This document shows, one piece after another, positions 36,765 to 49,913 of a stretch of 64,000 nt of DNA. The stretch lies in NCBI GenBank assembly GCA_963514005.1, contig OY740789.1:72912001-72976000 (forward strand), written 5' to 3'. Position 1 is the stretch's first letter; every line of letters starts with the position of its first letter. The DNA comes from Raja brachyura (Eukaryota). The notes under the pieces are model-generated. The model was not told where the DNA came from. It worked only from the letters and a program-made list of their open reading frames with translations, and did no database searches. The translations under genes and the position numbers were made by a program.

Positions 36765-37567
36765 CCCACCGGTTTGCTGATGACACCATGGTGGTGGGCC
36801 TGATCTCAGACAACGATGAGAAGGCCTACCGGGAGGAGGTAGCTGATCTGGCACTCTGGTGTCAGGACAACAGCCTCCTCTTGAACATCAAAAAAACGAA
36901 GGAGCTGATCGTGGACTTTAGGAGGGCACATCATCCGAGGACGTACACATCATTGAGGATAAATGGGGATACTGTGGATAGGGTGAGCTGTTTTAAATAC
37001 CTGGGAGTCCACATCTCACGCTGCAGCATTCGTGAGTAAGGCAAAGCAGCGCCTTTACCACCTCAGGCAATTGAGGAAATTCAGAGTGTCTCCGAGGATC
37101 CTCCAGTGCTTCTACTCTGCGGCTGTGGAAAGCATCTTGTCCGGAAACATTACAATCTGGTATGGGAACTTCTCTCGCCCCTCTGCAGGAACTATACATC
37201 AGGAGGTGAAACTCCAGAGCCAATAAGATAATGGGAGGCCCCTTCCACCCCTGCAACGGACTGTTCCAGCTCTTATAGTCAGGCAAACGGCTCCGTTGCC
37301 ATGCTGTGAGAACGGAGAGGATGAGAAGGAGTTTCTTCCCAGAGGCCATTCAGACTGTAAACTCCTATCTCACCAGGGACTAACTCTACTAACTTACTGT
37401 ACCACAATGCCACCCACAATATTTAATATGAAAAAGAACATGTGATTCTGTTTGTAGTTTGTTGGTTGTTTGTTTGTTTTTTTTTGCACAAAGTCCACAG
37501 GCACTGCCACTTTTCATTTCACTGCACATCCCGTATGTGTATGTGACGAATAAACTTGACTTGACTT
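36765..37567 (+). mobile_element. Rex1/Babar LINE 3' fragment
   Basis: FADDTMVVGLISDNDEKAYREEV, KTKELIVDFRR, FKYLGVHI, KAKQRLYHLRQL. Ends GTGACGAATAAACTTGACTTGACTT. Confidence 0.9.
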
Positions 37568-38019
37568 AATACTTTAGGGAACAAAAGGTTAAATATTCAG
37601 GTATCATCATTTAACTCTTCCAGCTTCAGTATAATCCTGAAGGATTTTTGCTGTACCCACTTCAAGGTTACCAAACTAATTCTTCCCAGAACGTTCTTCA
37701 CTGTGGACATCATAAAAGTCCCAAAGAGTTGTCAGGGTACAGAGGGTTATGAGTTCCTGCACCTCATTGCAGAGATTTTTTTTCCAACTTCCAATAAAGG
37801 TTTGCTGTTGCATGGTACCAAAACATTATTTTGATCTTTAAGGACAATCTTTGTCTTCACAAATACTGGTCACTCACCACAACTGTACAAATGATCTAAA
37901 TTCTAGCAAACTAACAAAGAAAAGGCGGATGAACAATAATGGTTTTTTTTCACGTCTTCACAGTGGAAGACACCAGCAATGTGCTAGAAATTCAAGAGAG
38001 TCATGAGACAATCACCATT

Positions 38020-40890
38020 ACTGAGATGAAGGTGCTTGGGTAGTTGAAAGGTCTGAATGAGGATAAGGCACTGGACCAGATGGACAACACCGTTTGAAAT
38101 AGGGAGCTGTTGAAGCATTGTGGAAGTATTATTAGGGATCTTTCAATAATCACTGGAGTCACGAATGGTTTCAGGGCACTGGAAATACACAAATGTAACT
38201 CCACTATTTAAGAAGGGAGCTAGGTAAAAGAAAGGACATTAGAGGCCAGTTAGTCTGACTTCTGTGGTTGTTAAATTTTAGTCCACTATTAAGGATGAGG
38301 TTTTGGAGTACTTGGAAGCACAACATAAAATAGGCTGGTTTCAGCATGGTTTCATTAAGGGGAGATCTTGCTTGACAGACCTTTTGGTACTTTGTGATAG
38401 ACAGTCAGGATAGACAGAGGAGACAGTCGATGTTGTTTACTTGGATTTTGAGAAGTCGTATGTTAAGATGCCATGCATGAGGTTGCTAAACAAAATAGAA
38501 CTCCATAGTATTAGAAGCACGTGGACAGAGGATGAGTGAATATACCGTGCTAAGCAGTCAGCAGAAAGATAATACATGATTACAATCGAGCCATTCATAA
38601 GTGTACCGACACATGATAAGAGAATAACGTTTAGTGCAAGATAAAGTCTGATCAAATATAGTCTGAGGGTCTCCAATGAGGTAGATAGCACTTCAGGGTT
38701 GCTCTTTATTGACGGTAGGATGGTTCAGTTGCCTGAAAGTAGCTGGGAAGAAACTGTCCCTGAATCTGGAAGTTTGCGTTTTCACACTTCTATATGTTTT
38801 GCCTGATGGGAGAGGAGAGGGAATGGCCAGGGTGCAACAATTGTCGGTGCACAATTCGCTGCAATTTCTTATGGTGTTGGATGGAGCTGTTCCCAGAAGT
38901 TGGTGAGTGTTGGGGACATGCCAAACTTCCTAAGACCTCTAAGGAAGTACAGATGTTGGTGTGCTTTCATGGTCGTTGCTTCAATATAGGTGGTCCAGGA
39001 GAAGTTGTTAGTGAAATTTCCTCCTTGGAATTAGAAGTTTTCAACCATCTCTACTTCGGCGTTATCAATGCAAACTGGGGTATGTGTACCACTTTGCTTC
39101 CTGAAGTCGATCACTATCACCTTTGTCTTGTTGACTGAGAAAAAGGTTGTTGTCTCCACACTGGACACAGGTTCTTAATCTCCTTCCTGTCTCACCATTA
39201 TATTATATCCGCCCACAATGGTGGTGTCGTCTGCCAATTTGTAAATTGAATTAGATTTATATACGGCTGCACATTCGTGGGCGTACAAGGGGTAAAAGAA
39301 GGGGGCTGAGAAGGCATCCTTGTGGAGGAGTGTTGAGGATTATCATAGAGGATCATTGTCCCCTATCCTCACTGATAGGGGTCTGATGGTCGAAGATCCA
39401 GTTGCAGAGATGACTCGAAGTCCCGCTAGTTTGTTGATGAGCTTGGATGTATAGCGATGTAAAAGGCAGAGCTGTAGTCTACAAATAGGAGTATGACGTA
39501 GGTGTCTCTATTAGCCAGGTGTTCCAGGGATGAGTGTACGGCCAGGATGACAGTATCGTCCATGGTCCTGTTGTGACTGTCGGCGAACTGCAGTGGGTCA
39601 AGGCCGCTTGGTAGACTAGATTTAATGTGTTCCATAACTAGCCTCTCAAAACATTTAATGATGGTGGGTGTCAAGGCCACTGGACGGTGGTCGTTTAGGC
39701 ATGACATTTTGCTTTTCTTCAGCACTGAGATGATGGTGCAGCTACTAAGGACATGGCCAGGAACTCCATCTGGGCCAATTACTTTCTTTGGGTCCACCCT
39801 CAGGAAGTGGGTCTAACCTCTGCACCAGTGACCCTGGGAAGAGCACACTCTAGTCTGAAGGGCCAGGTGTCACCACCCTGTTGGCCTTCTGCTCAAAATG
39901 AGCATAGAAAGCATTCAGTTCATCAGGTAGGCTCAAACCATCACCACTGTCACTATGGTGTTCCGCTGGGGTTGGTGTTGGGTCTGCAACTTTTCATATT
40001 ATATGTTAATGATATGCAAGATTGAATTAATATATGATGGAATTGATGGCTGTGGCCAAGTTTGCAGATGATATGAAGATAGGTGGAGGGGAAGGGATTT
40101 CGAGGCAGCAGGAAGTTTGCAGAAGGACTTGGATAGGTAGAGAGGGTGGGGAATTAGGTGGCAAATAGAATACAACGTTGCAAAGTGTTCAATCATCCAC
40201 CTTGGTAGAAGGAATAAAGGTATAGACTATCTTCTAAATATGGAGAGGATTGAGAAATCGGAGGTGCAAAGGGACCTGAGAGTGCTGGTACACGATTCCC
40301 AAAAGGTTAATTTGCAGATTGAGCCAGTGGTAAGGAAGGCAAATGCAATGCTAACATTCACTTCAACAGGACTAGAGTATAATAACAAAGATGTTATGCA
40401 AAGGTATTATAAGACACTGGCGAGGCCATATTTGGAAAATGGTGTGCAGTTTTGGGCCCTATATCTGAGGAAGGATGTGCTGGGAGAGGGTCCAGCGCTG
40501 GTTTACAAGAATGATCCCACAATACGGGGATGATTGGGTGAACATTTGAGGAGCGTTTGATGGCTCTGGGCCTGTACTCACTGGAATTTAGAAGGCTGAG
40601 GGGGGATCTCAATAATGGGAGAGTCTAGAAACACTATAGTGGGCATAGTCTCAGAATAAAAAGATACTGTTGAATGGAGATGAGGAGGAATTTCTTTAGC
40701 TAGAGGGGGATGAAATTCAAAAGCCAATGAGTATTTCTGAAGCGCTCTTGATGAGTAAATGTGTGAAAGGTTACATTGAGAAGGCAGGAGAACGGGTTGA
40801 GAGGGAGAAATAGATCAGCCATGATCGAATGGCGGAGTAGACGTGACGGGGAAAATAGCCTAATTCTGCACCTTTGTCTTATGGTCCTAA
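38020..40890 (+). mobile_element. CR1 LINE remnant (38020-38520 and 39950-40890) split by a minus-strand Rex1 fragment (38540-39880)
   Basis: CR1 motifs (QHGFIKGRSCLT, QRDLRVLVHDSQKV, LARPYLE.GVQFW). Rex1 motifs on the minus strand (GPDGVPGHVL, LNDHRPVALTPTIIKCFERLV, LDPLQFA). Confidence 0.8.
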
Positions 40891-41747
40891 AATGTGTTGG
40901 AATCACAGGTGAATCAAAATAGCACACACTCCAGTTTCATTTCTGCTCCTTTAAAGATCTATGGTGGCGCAGCTGTTAATGCTTTTGCTTCACAGCACCG
41001 AAGTAATGGGTTCATTCCTGACCTTTGGTACTGCCTGTGGTAAATTGCATGTTCTCCCTGTAACTGTACCCAACAAGATCCATCCGTTTCTTCCCAAATG
41101 CAAAAGATGCGTTGAATCACAGGTTAATTGACTACTATAAATTGTGCTTAATGTGGAGGTAGAGGATGGCAGGCAAATTAGGGGTGAGGGATTTGGTGGG
41201 AATGCAAGAGGAAAATGCAGATTAGTGCACATGGGTGCTTGAAGGTCGGCATGGATGCAGTGGGACGAAGGGATGTTTCGGTGATTTTTAACTATGAATG
41301 TGAGGCCAATGTCCTATCAAGACATTTTTTCTAATCGATTATTTCTTATAACACAGATTTTTCTTTGTAATTTTCCCAAGTCTTCTTCAATTTAGTGCAA
41401 AGACAAAACTTAAAATATTAATGTGGTGGGGATCTTCTTGCACTCTGTTATAATGGAAATGCCAGCATCAATGGAACAGTTCACAATAGCAGCGCTGCAT
41501 TATAGTATCCCCCAGTGGCGTTCAAACCAACTTATAATGCAGTTTTAACATTAGACCAACGACAATTCTAAGTATAAATGGCAATTCCTTGTAGATACCA
41601 GTTCCTTTTACAGATCGAAAAAATATCTAGTAAAGTCAGTCTTCTTGACAAGAAGCAAAAAGAGACCTTTCAAACAGGTGCATCAAGACATAAATAACAT
41701 ACTCAAAAATATTTCTGGAAATCCTATTTCCAACTCTGTGAACCACC

Positions 41748-42588
41748 GGATGGCGCCATAAGTAGCAGGCTCGCCAACAGCCTGTCTCGTCCCTTTCTTC
41801 TTTTGTTGTTTTTAGTCTGTTTTATTTGTATGTTTTAGTGTATCTTTAGTTTTGTATTATGTGGGGATTGGGGTAAACATTTTTTATCTCTTCCCTCGAC
41901 AGAGATACGCGTTTTTCTGTATCGGATCTCCGTCCACACTGCGGCCTAATATCGTGGTGCTGGCGGTCCCTTTGTGAGGGATCGACTTCGGGAGCTCCAA
42001 CTGCAGGGGCTTCCATCACCCTGATCGCGGCAGCCTCGATTGCCCCGTTGCGGGAGCTTTGATCGCCCCGACTGCGGTTGTTTCAATCACATAGACCGTG
42101 GGAGAAAAACGAGGAAGAAGGTAAAAGTTATTTGCCAACCATCACAGTGAGGAATGTGAGGTTGCCGAAAAACAAGATGGACGTGCTGCCTGCGCTGGTG
42201 AGGACTCGAAGGGATAGCCGTGAGTGCAGTGATCTCGGTGTTAGTGGGGGCATCGCGCCATGAGAACATCCTGGGGTCTGGTGCGAGTGTGGACGGCTTT
42301 CTGACTGTTTGGGCGGACAGGGACAGCAGAGAGAGTGACAGTGGTTGGTATAACTCTGGCCACATCACGGTGAAGGAGCGTGTGTGTGGCCCAAACTGAT
42401 GAATGATGACTGTGGGTGTCCCCTTATGCTGTGTTCCCTAGGGATTCTCACACGCCGCTGTGGTGGCTGTTTATGTTTAATCTTTATGTAGTTTTGTATC
42501 TTATTGCTTTTTTGGTATGACTGTATGGTAAATCAAATTTCATTATACTTCGGTACACGTGACAAAAAAGGGCCATTGAACCATTGAG
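41748..42588 (+). mobile_element. Rex1-derived non-autonomous retroposon, copy 3, retaining extra APE-coding remnant
   Basis: Shared family blocks plus LPTITVRNVRLPKNKMDVL..RRDSRECS and ASVDGFLTVWADRD; (CCATTGAA)n tail. Confidence 0.75.
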
Positions 42589-42982
42589 ATTGGGGAATTT
42601 AGAAATATTCATAATATTGGACTTTTAATGCAAATTCTGAGTATTTTTAAGTAATTGTGCATCTGGGAGCAAATATGATCAGCATGGTACTCTCGCAAAT
42701 AATGTTGATTGTGTGCTTTTTAGAATCTGCACAACACATGAATATTATAAGTCCCATAGTTCCCATAGATGCTGCCTCACCCGCTGAGTTTCTCCAGCAT
42801 TTTTGTCAACCTTCAATTTTCCAGCATCTGCAGTCCCTTCTTAACAATATTATAAGTCTACAGGCAGATCTTCCTGTCTCCCTGCATGAAAAGAAATTCA
42901 CCATCTCCCCAACAAATGTGACAGACAACACTGAATAACTTTCAAAGAAGTGGTATTATTGAGAGCAGCAGCCAATCCTTAC

Positions 42983-43094
42983 CTGTCAATAGAGAGACTT
43001 TTTGAATAAGAGAATCCCTTATGCCAGTCTGGATACTTTTCCCAGCTGATAAACAATCAGAATAATTCTGCAGATTCTGGATTTCTGCAAATGC
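42983..43094 (-). CDS. mga: MGA-like exon (112 bp), helix 2 / leucine zipper
   Basis: CTTATAG acceptor, GTAAGG donor. AFAEIQNLQNYSDCLSAGKSIQTGIRDSLIQKVSLLT vs MGA AFSEIQGLTDQADKLIGQKNLLTRKRNILIRKVSSLS. Confidence 0.92.
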
Positions 43095-43173
43095 CTATAA
43101 GAGCAGAGAACTAACAGTCACAAAATATTCCGAACAATACAGGCATTCAGACATTTCAAATATCTTCACAAAC

Positions 43174-43359
43174 CTGCTTCAGGATAAAGTATTTTGAAGC
43201 TTTTCCCTCCCCGCCATTGGCCAAAGTTCTCTTCAACCTTTCAAAGAGGTCTCGCAAATTAGAACGCCTCCGCCGCTCATTTACTGTGCGCGTGGTCTGA
43301 CACACTACCAGAGCATCCAGCTGAGCCTTTGCTTCCTTACTGAGATTAGCAATGTGTTT
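43174..43359 (-). CDS. mga: MGA-like exon (186 bp), basic region / helix 1 / loop of the bHLH
   Basis: CTTTAG acceptor, GTTTGT donor. QTTRTVNERRRRSNLRDLFERLKRTL...KASKYFILKQ vs MGA RRTHTANERRRRGEMRDLFEKLKITL...KVSKSLIL. Confidence 0.93.
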
Positions 43360-44277
43360 CTAAAGGAACAAGAAATAATCAAGATTTTATTGTACAGAAT
43401 TTCTTGCAGTTGTCAACAGTCATTTGGATCAGACAAAGCAAGGAATGTGAAATGTTTCTTGTGTTCATTAGACTCAATTCCAGGGGTGAGTGTGTTTTCC
43501 TATCATAAATTGCTAAATAAACTGGAGATACTCTATTTAGAAGAAAGAGGGGTGATCTGATTGAAATATGCAAGATCCTGAAAGTATGACATGGTAGATA
43601 AAATCTATTGGAACAAACACCTTGGAGGAAAAGGGATGGTCGATGTTTTTAGTCGGGCCGCAGGGTCCTGACCAGAATGTCATCCATCTCATTTCTACAG
43701 ATTCTACTTGACCCGCTAAGATCTTCTAGCAGTTTATTTTTTTGTCCCAGATTCCAGCATCTGCAGTTTTTTATGTATCCATGACAGGATATTGAGAGAT
43801 TTTAAGTCAAAAGAGAATCTTGAACAAGAACAGGCGGCGTATGTTTAAAACTGAGATGGGTAGTTAACCTCTCAGAGGATGGCAAATCTTTGCAATTCTC
43901 TACCCCAGCGATTTGTGGAGCCAAGATTGTTGCGGGTAAAGAGCAATCAGAAAATGTTTTTGAAAGAAAAAAGAGTTGACAATAGGAAACTGCTGCAGGA
44001 GTTGAGGCTGGGCATTTCAGCCACAATCATACAGTATGGTGGGACTGGCCTACATCTGCTTCAATTTTCTTATATTGCAAAACAGTGACAAAAGTGAAGC
44101 CTGCTATGGGTTACAGCAAGACCAACTCATATTTGCAGATTTTCCTACTTCTTTCAACGGTCCAAATGATAGGATATGAAATAACCCACCGAATGCTTTC
44201 CATCCACAGGTATTATCTCCCTCCAAGGGTGCCCTATCAACAGTTGATTCAAAGCCCTCCTCCAAAGAGGAACTTAC

Positions 44278-44350
44278 TGGTTTGGATTTGATGTCGCCCT
44301 CCTCCACCTCATCCGATTTATTTGTAAGGCATGGGTTGTGGAAATGGCAT
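44278..44350 (-). CDS. mga: MGA-like small exon (73 bp, phase 2-0)
   Basis: TTTTTCCTTCCAG acceptor, GTAAGT donor. Exactly bridges the phase-2 end of the upstream exon and the phase-0 start of the bHLH exon. Confidence 0.78.
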
Positions 44351-44859
44351 CTGGAAGGAAAAAGGTTTATGTATGAACCAGCTGATGTTACAAGGAAACA
44401 AATTTGAACACAAACCTTTAACACACACGCCCAGTTAGTGTGATGTATAATTCGATATATTTCATTAATGCACTTTTGGAGGTCAACACTGATTCCATCT
44501 ACTTCAAAACAGAAGAACAGCAAAGCTAAATACTGGTCAACATCTCCTTTAAAGAACTTAAAGCTGTGATACAAGCAATATCCCTAAATGTGGTGTATAC
44601 AGAACAAACCATTGTAAAACAGTGTCCATATAAACACAAACTCCACATTTACATTAATGTGCAAGTATCTAATACCAATTAAGCCTAGTTGTAGGATTTA
44701 GGATTTGCCCAACAATAGAACAATGTCCAAACTCATCCATTTTTATCTAAACTGGCCCAATAATATGTTAGAAGGTTGAACACTGTAGTTCATCATAACT
44801 TAGCTCAAGGAGGTAGAGAGTAATTCAATCCGAACAACTTCAGGATTTGCAAGGACTAA

Positions 44860-45880
44860 CGATACTATAGAACTTTATTTATCCCTGGAGGGAAATTGAT
44901 CTGCAACAGTCATAAAACAAAATACTGTACATGAAACATGAAATTAAAGTGAGAGTGGAGAGTCCAGGATTGGGGATGTGCAAAGATTGGGGAGGGGGAG
45001 GAGGGGGTGGGGGTGGGGAAGAGGAGTCTACCTCTCAACAGAAGGGGGAGGAGTTGTACAGTTTGATAGCCAGAGGGAAAAATGATCTCCTGTGGCGTTC
45101 CGTGCTGTATCTTGGTGGAACCAGTCTGTGCTGATGCTCCCTAGGTTGACCAGTGTGTCATGGAGGAAGTGTGCTGCATTGTCCAAGATGCTCCACAGTT
45201 TGAGGAGCATCCTCCCCTCCAAGATCATCTCCAATTAATTCAACTCCACTCCCAGGATGGAGCCAGCCTTCCTGATGAGCTTGTTAATTATTTTGGTGTC
45301 CGCGGCCTTTACCCTGCTACCCCAACACACGAGAGCGTAGAAGATGGCATTGGCCACCACCGATTGATAGAACATTTGCAGCATCTTACTGCAGATGTTG
45401 AAAGAGCGGAGCCTCCTCAGAAAGTATAGACGGCTCTGTCCCTTGTACACGGCCTCAATGTTCCTGAACCAGTCAAGTTTACTGTCCAGGTACATTAAAA
45501 GGGTGCTCCTTTTCTCCTAAAGTCCACCATCATGTCTTTAGTCTTGTCAGTGTTGAGCTGCAGGTGATTCAGCCGACAGCACTCGATAGTTGTTGACTTC
45601 ACCTTTGTATTCAGCATCCCTCCTCTCACCGATGCAGCCCACTACGCAGAGTCATCCAAAAGCTTCTGGAGGTGGCAAAAGACAGAGTTGTATCTGAAGT
45701 CCGATGTGTAGATGGTGAACAGGAAGGGAGAGAGGACCGTCCCGTGTTGCTCACTACCATGTACGAGACACAGTTCTGTAGCCTGACATACTGTGGTCAT
45801 CCAGTCAGGTAGTTGGTGATCCAGGACACAAATGGAGCATCCACCCGCATCTTTGTCAGTTTGCTCCCTTGCAGTGCAGG
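44860..45880 (-). mobile_element. Rex1/Babar-type LINE fragment
   Basis: YLDSKLDW..., GQSRLYFLRRLRSFNICSKMLQMFYQSVVA, INKLIRKAGS. Confidence 0.85.
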
Positions 45881-47179
45881 ATGGATGGTGTAAAAGAACT
45901 GGAGAAGTTAAAAAAAAACATGACTCTCACAGTTCTTCCCAGCTTATCCAGGTGAGGATAGGAACGATGGAGCTGGTTCATCCTCAGAAATGCCTTCAAG
46001 ATGGAGAAAATGCCTCAATCCTCCATTCTTCAATTGATGATATTAGCAGCTGAATCACTGCTACAACAAGCAATGGAACAGAGGTCCCCATACCCTGACA
46101 GACACTGCACATTATTACAAGGCTTTTGATGAAGTCCCACATGACTGGTAAGCCAAAAAAGATTAAGTTTGCTGGATCTAATGGAGTGTGCCAAACTGAA
46201 TTCAAAACCTGAACAGATGAAGAATGGAGAAGATAGTATTTGATTATTATTTTTGGCAGTGGAAGGCTATAACCAATGGGGCTTCACAGAGTTTTATGTA
46301 CAATGTATTAAAGATTAAAATTTAAATAAATGGAGCGAGTTAAACAAGTTTGTAGATAACACAAAAAATGTCCATGTAGTTGACAGCGAGGAAGACAGCT
46401 CTGAGATGCAGCAAGATATTAATTGACTACTAAGTTGAGAAGAAAAACTTTAAATGTTGAGAAGAAAAACTTCAAATGACGTTCAATTTCAAGGTGAGAG
46501 AGAGAGATGCAATAAAAGTAGATGATACTAAAAGCTGTGGAGCAACAGAGTACCCTAGGAGTGTATTGACAACAGATAATTAAAAAGGTAGTGAAACAGG
46601 CTCGGTTGAGGTGTGGAATACAAGAGCAGGGAGATTATGCCAGAATTTTATTTGACCACTTAAATACTGCAAACACTTCTGGCCCTGGAGTCTTAAGGGT
46701 AATACAGCATGGAAACGGGCCCTTTGGTCCAACTTGCACTTGTTTACTTTGTATTTTAGTGTGTATGCGCTGTGACACTAATGTTACCCAATAAGTCCGA
46801 GACATACAGGACGGAAACAGGCCCTTTGGCCCAACTCATCCATGCCGACCTAGATTCCTCGTCTTAGCTTGTCCTATTTGCCCGTGTTTGGCCCTCATCC
46901 CTGTAAACCAAGTGTCTTTTAAATGCTGTTATAGTACCTGCCTCAACTACCTCCTTTGGCAGCTTGTTCCATATCAGTGAAAAAGTTGCCCCTTAGGTTC
47001 ATATTAATTTGCACCTCAAACATATGTGCTCGTGCTTTTCCTATCTATTCTCCTTATGCGTTCATACATCTCTATAAGATCACCCCTCAACATCCCGCCC
47101 ATCTAAGGAATAAAGTTCGAGCCTGTCCAACCTCTCTAGCTCAGCCTCTCAATTCCTGACTGCACCCTCAATCTGCACT

Positions 47180-48046
47180 CAAGACAAGACAAGAGACAAG
47201 AGACATTTATTGTCACATGCACCAATTGGCCCAGTGAAATTTGGGGTCACCATACAGCCATACAAATAAAAAAAAGAACACAGATCACGATAGTCTTTAA
47301 CAATAACATCCCCACACAGATAAATCAAAGCTTCCCACTGCGAGGGAAGGCACCAAAGTTCAGTCATCCTGTTCTTTGATGTCTTTGATGTTCCATGATC
47401 GGGGCCTCCCAAGCCCCCTGCAGTCGTCGTAATGGTGGCCCAATGTTCAGGCCCTCTCACCAGGATAATGGAACTCCGACATCGGAACGGAAGAACACCC
47501 TTAGCGGCTTGGACTTCCGAATCAGCCACTTCTTACCAGAATCCGCGGCTCCCGAAGTCCACAGGCCGAGCTGGGCAGAGATTCAAGGTGGCGGCCCTCG
47601 GCAAAGGGATCCCAGGACTCCACGATGTTGAAGTCAGTGCCGCCCTCGGCTGGGAGCTCTGCAAACTACAGCTCCACAATGTTGAAGCAGCAGGCCCAAC
47701 ACTCTGGAGCTTCAAACGGCAATCCCAGGTAAGGCATCGCCCGCTCCGCGATAAATCCAGTGCTGCACCGTTGCTGAAGCTCTTGTCCGGTCCCCAGCAG
47801 GAAAGGCCACTCCAATCCAGTTGGTAGGCCGTAAGGGGGAGGGGCGAAGATGCGACTGAGAATAGCCGCATCCTCGCCAGGAAGTGACTGGGAAACGGTT
47901 TTCCCCTTATCCTACCAACTCCCCCCCACATAAAAATACTAAGAAACTCCAACACATACTTTTAAACAGACTAAAAATTTTAAAAAAGATGGAAAAACAG
48001 ACAGACTGTAGGCAGAGGCTGCCATCATGCGGCCCCCCATAGTGGC
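47180..48046 (-). mobile_element. Rex1-derived non-autonomous retroposon, copy 4
   Basis: (CAAGA)n tail + TTTATTGTCACATGCAC on the plus strand; GCCTTCCCTCGCAGTGGGAAG block on the minus strand; 5' ATGGCAGCCTCTGCCTACAGTCTGTCTG shared with copies 2 and 3. Confidence 0.68.
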
Positions 48047-48348
48047 CAGATATCTTTCCAGTTTAATGGCATTCTTCCTATTGCAGTGACCACATAAAAC
48101 TTAGATTACACTGAATAACATTCAAAGGAAATCTATGAGGATAGCCATGAAAAAGATTGGATAGGGTGGGTTTATTTTCTTTGGAACAGAAGCTGCTGTG
48201 GTGCTTGTACCATCTATTAATGAAAACAGTGTCTCAATATGAACATTTACATCTTAACTCCCATATACAGATTTTACAGATGAAATCTTTAACTACACAC
48301 ATTTTGTTAACCAGATTATATTTCAAATTTATAAAATATTCACAATAC

Positions 48349-48464
48349 TTTGATTTGCTTGTAAGACGAGAGGCATAAGCAATAAGACGAGCAATGTTGT
48401 TTTTCTCAGAGATTTCCTCCACATTCTCAGTGTCCATTGCCTCTTCACTGGAGGTTGAGTCCAA
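48349..48464 (-). CDS. mga: MGA-like exon (116 bp, phase 0-2)
   Basis: TTTTCACAG acceptor, GTATTG donor. MDTENVEEISEKNNIARL matches MGA VDIETVEELSEEINVAHL. Confidence 0.85.
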
Positions 48465-49194
48465 CTGTGAAAACATTAAGGTTAGTAAAGCACAATACTG
48501 ACTCTTCACGCACTGTGCAAAACACTACATTTTTGAAGAACAGCCTATAAAAGCTTTATAGAAATGAAGAAAAAACTTGAAATCCATGACATGTCATCTC
48601 ACATTTGTCACTAAAATGGACTGCCGAGAAATTGGAGTTTTAACCTTTTCTGACAAGCTGAACCATTATTATATTTTGTACTTCCCTGCAAGAGTTGGAG
48701 AAATTGGTCCCAAAAATACTTGATGTGGCGTTGGCGGTTTTCATCTAGAAACAGTGCAGTTCACAAATCTTCTGGTAATTTACTGCACTAATTTCAGAAA
48801 GGGATTAGTCCTTAAAGGCAGGGACAACTGCAATAAAGTTAATGACTGCAATGGATGAAAGGGAATCTAGAGGGGAGAGGGATATTTTGAGAGAATGACT
48901 TGGATATTCTCCAATAGAAACAAATGCCAGGATGTACAGTGTGAAAGAGGGGAGGGGGACATACATTGGTGCTGGTAACAAGTAGGGCCAACATGAAAAA
49001 AAGCTGTACACCACCTCCTATGCAAAAAAGTAACGATGATCAAGGAAGAGTTGAGCCCACAACGGTCTATTGTTGGCTGTAGGCTAGGTGATAACGAGTT
49101 ATAGACAATTAAACTCAACAGAACGACAAATAGGGTGGGAGAGGGACAGAAAGAGAATGGATGCAAGGGTTACTTGATGTTACAGAGATATCAA

Positions 49195-49495
49195 TATTAA
49201 TACTGCTGGGTTGCCCAAGCGAAATATGAGGTGCTGTTCCTCCAATTTGCATTTAGCCTCACTCTGACAACGGAGGAAGCCCAGGACAGAAAGATGTGGG
49301 AATGGGAAGGGGAGTTAAAGTATCCAGCAACTGGAAGATCACATAGGGCAGGACGACTGAACGTTATCTCTCGTTTCCCTTTCCCCTGACACTTAGTTTG
49401 AAGAAGGGTCTTGACCTGAAACGTCAACTGTTCCTTTATTTCAGAGATGCTCCCTGACCCACTGAGTTACTCCAGCATTTTGCGTCTATCTTAAT
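49195..49495 (-). mobile_element. Penelope-like 3' fragment and associated terminal repeat
   Basis: YFNSPSHSH.. and [13 protein letters not shown] region homologous to 19040-19158. The CTGAGTTACTCCAGCATTTTG module also occurs at ~24675-24815, 42765-42840 and 43610-43780. Confidence 0.6.
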
Positions 49496-49913
49496 TATGC
49501 TGGAGTTTAGAATCAGGTGGAAGCCTTCTTATAAAGATTGCTTCCAATCAGAAGAACCTGGAATATGCAGGATTCAAACCACGAAGCTGTAGGCAGAGTA
49601 CAAATGGTATTTCTATTAGCATACACACTTTTGCATTAATTACACATATAAACTGTGATTTGTTGATAAGATGAGTTATATACTACTTTTTCCTTATCAT
49701 TTTGCCACCCTGACAGTTCTGGGTCAAATATTTCTAAATCAAATGGATCTACACTTTGCCATGAAAAAGAAATAAAATTAGCAAGGATGAAGCTCACAAG
49801 GTAATCCCTATATTATTTGGCAAAAAGACGATGCTACTCAAAAAAACAACCTATCCTATGCCAAGTCAAACAGCAAGCTGATCATTACAATGCCAACAAG
49901 TGAAACTACTCAC

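Noticed and set aside
44104-44574. 156-aa minus-strand ORF as a separate gene
   Set aside because: Only the 73-bp internal exon (44278-44350) has splice support; the rest is intron read-through.
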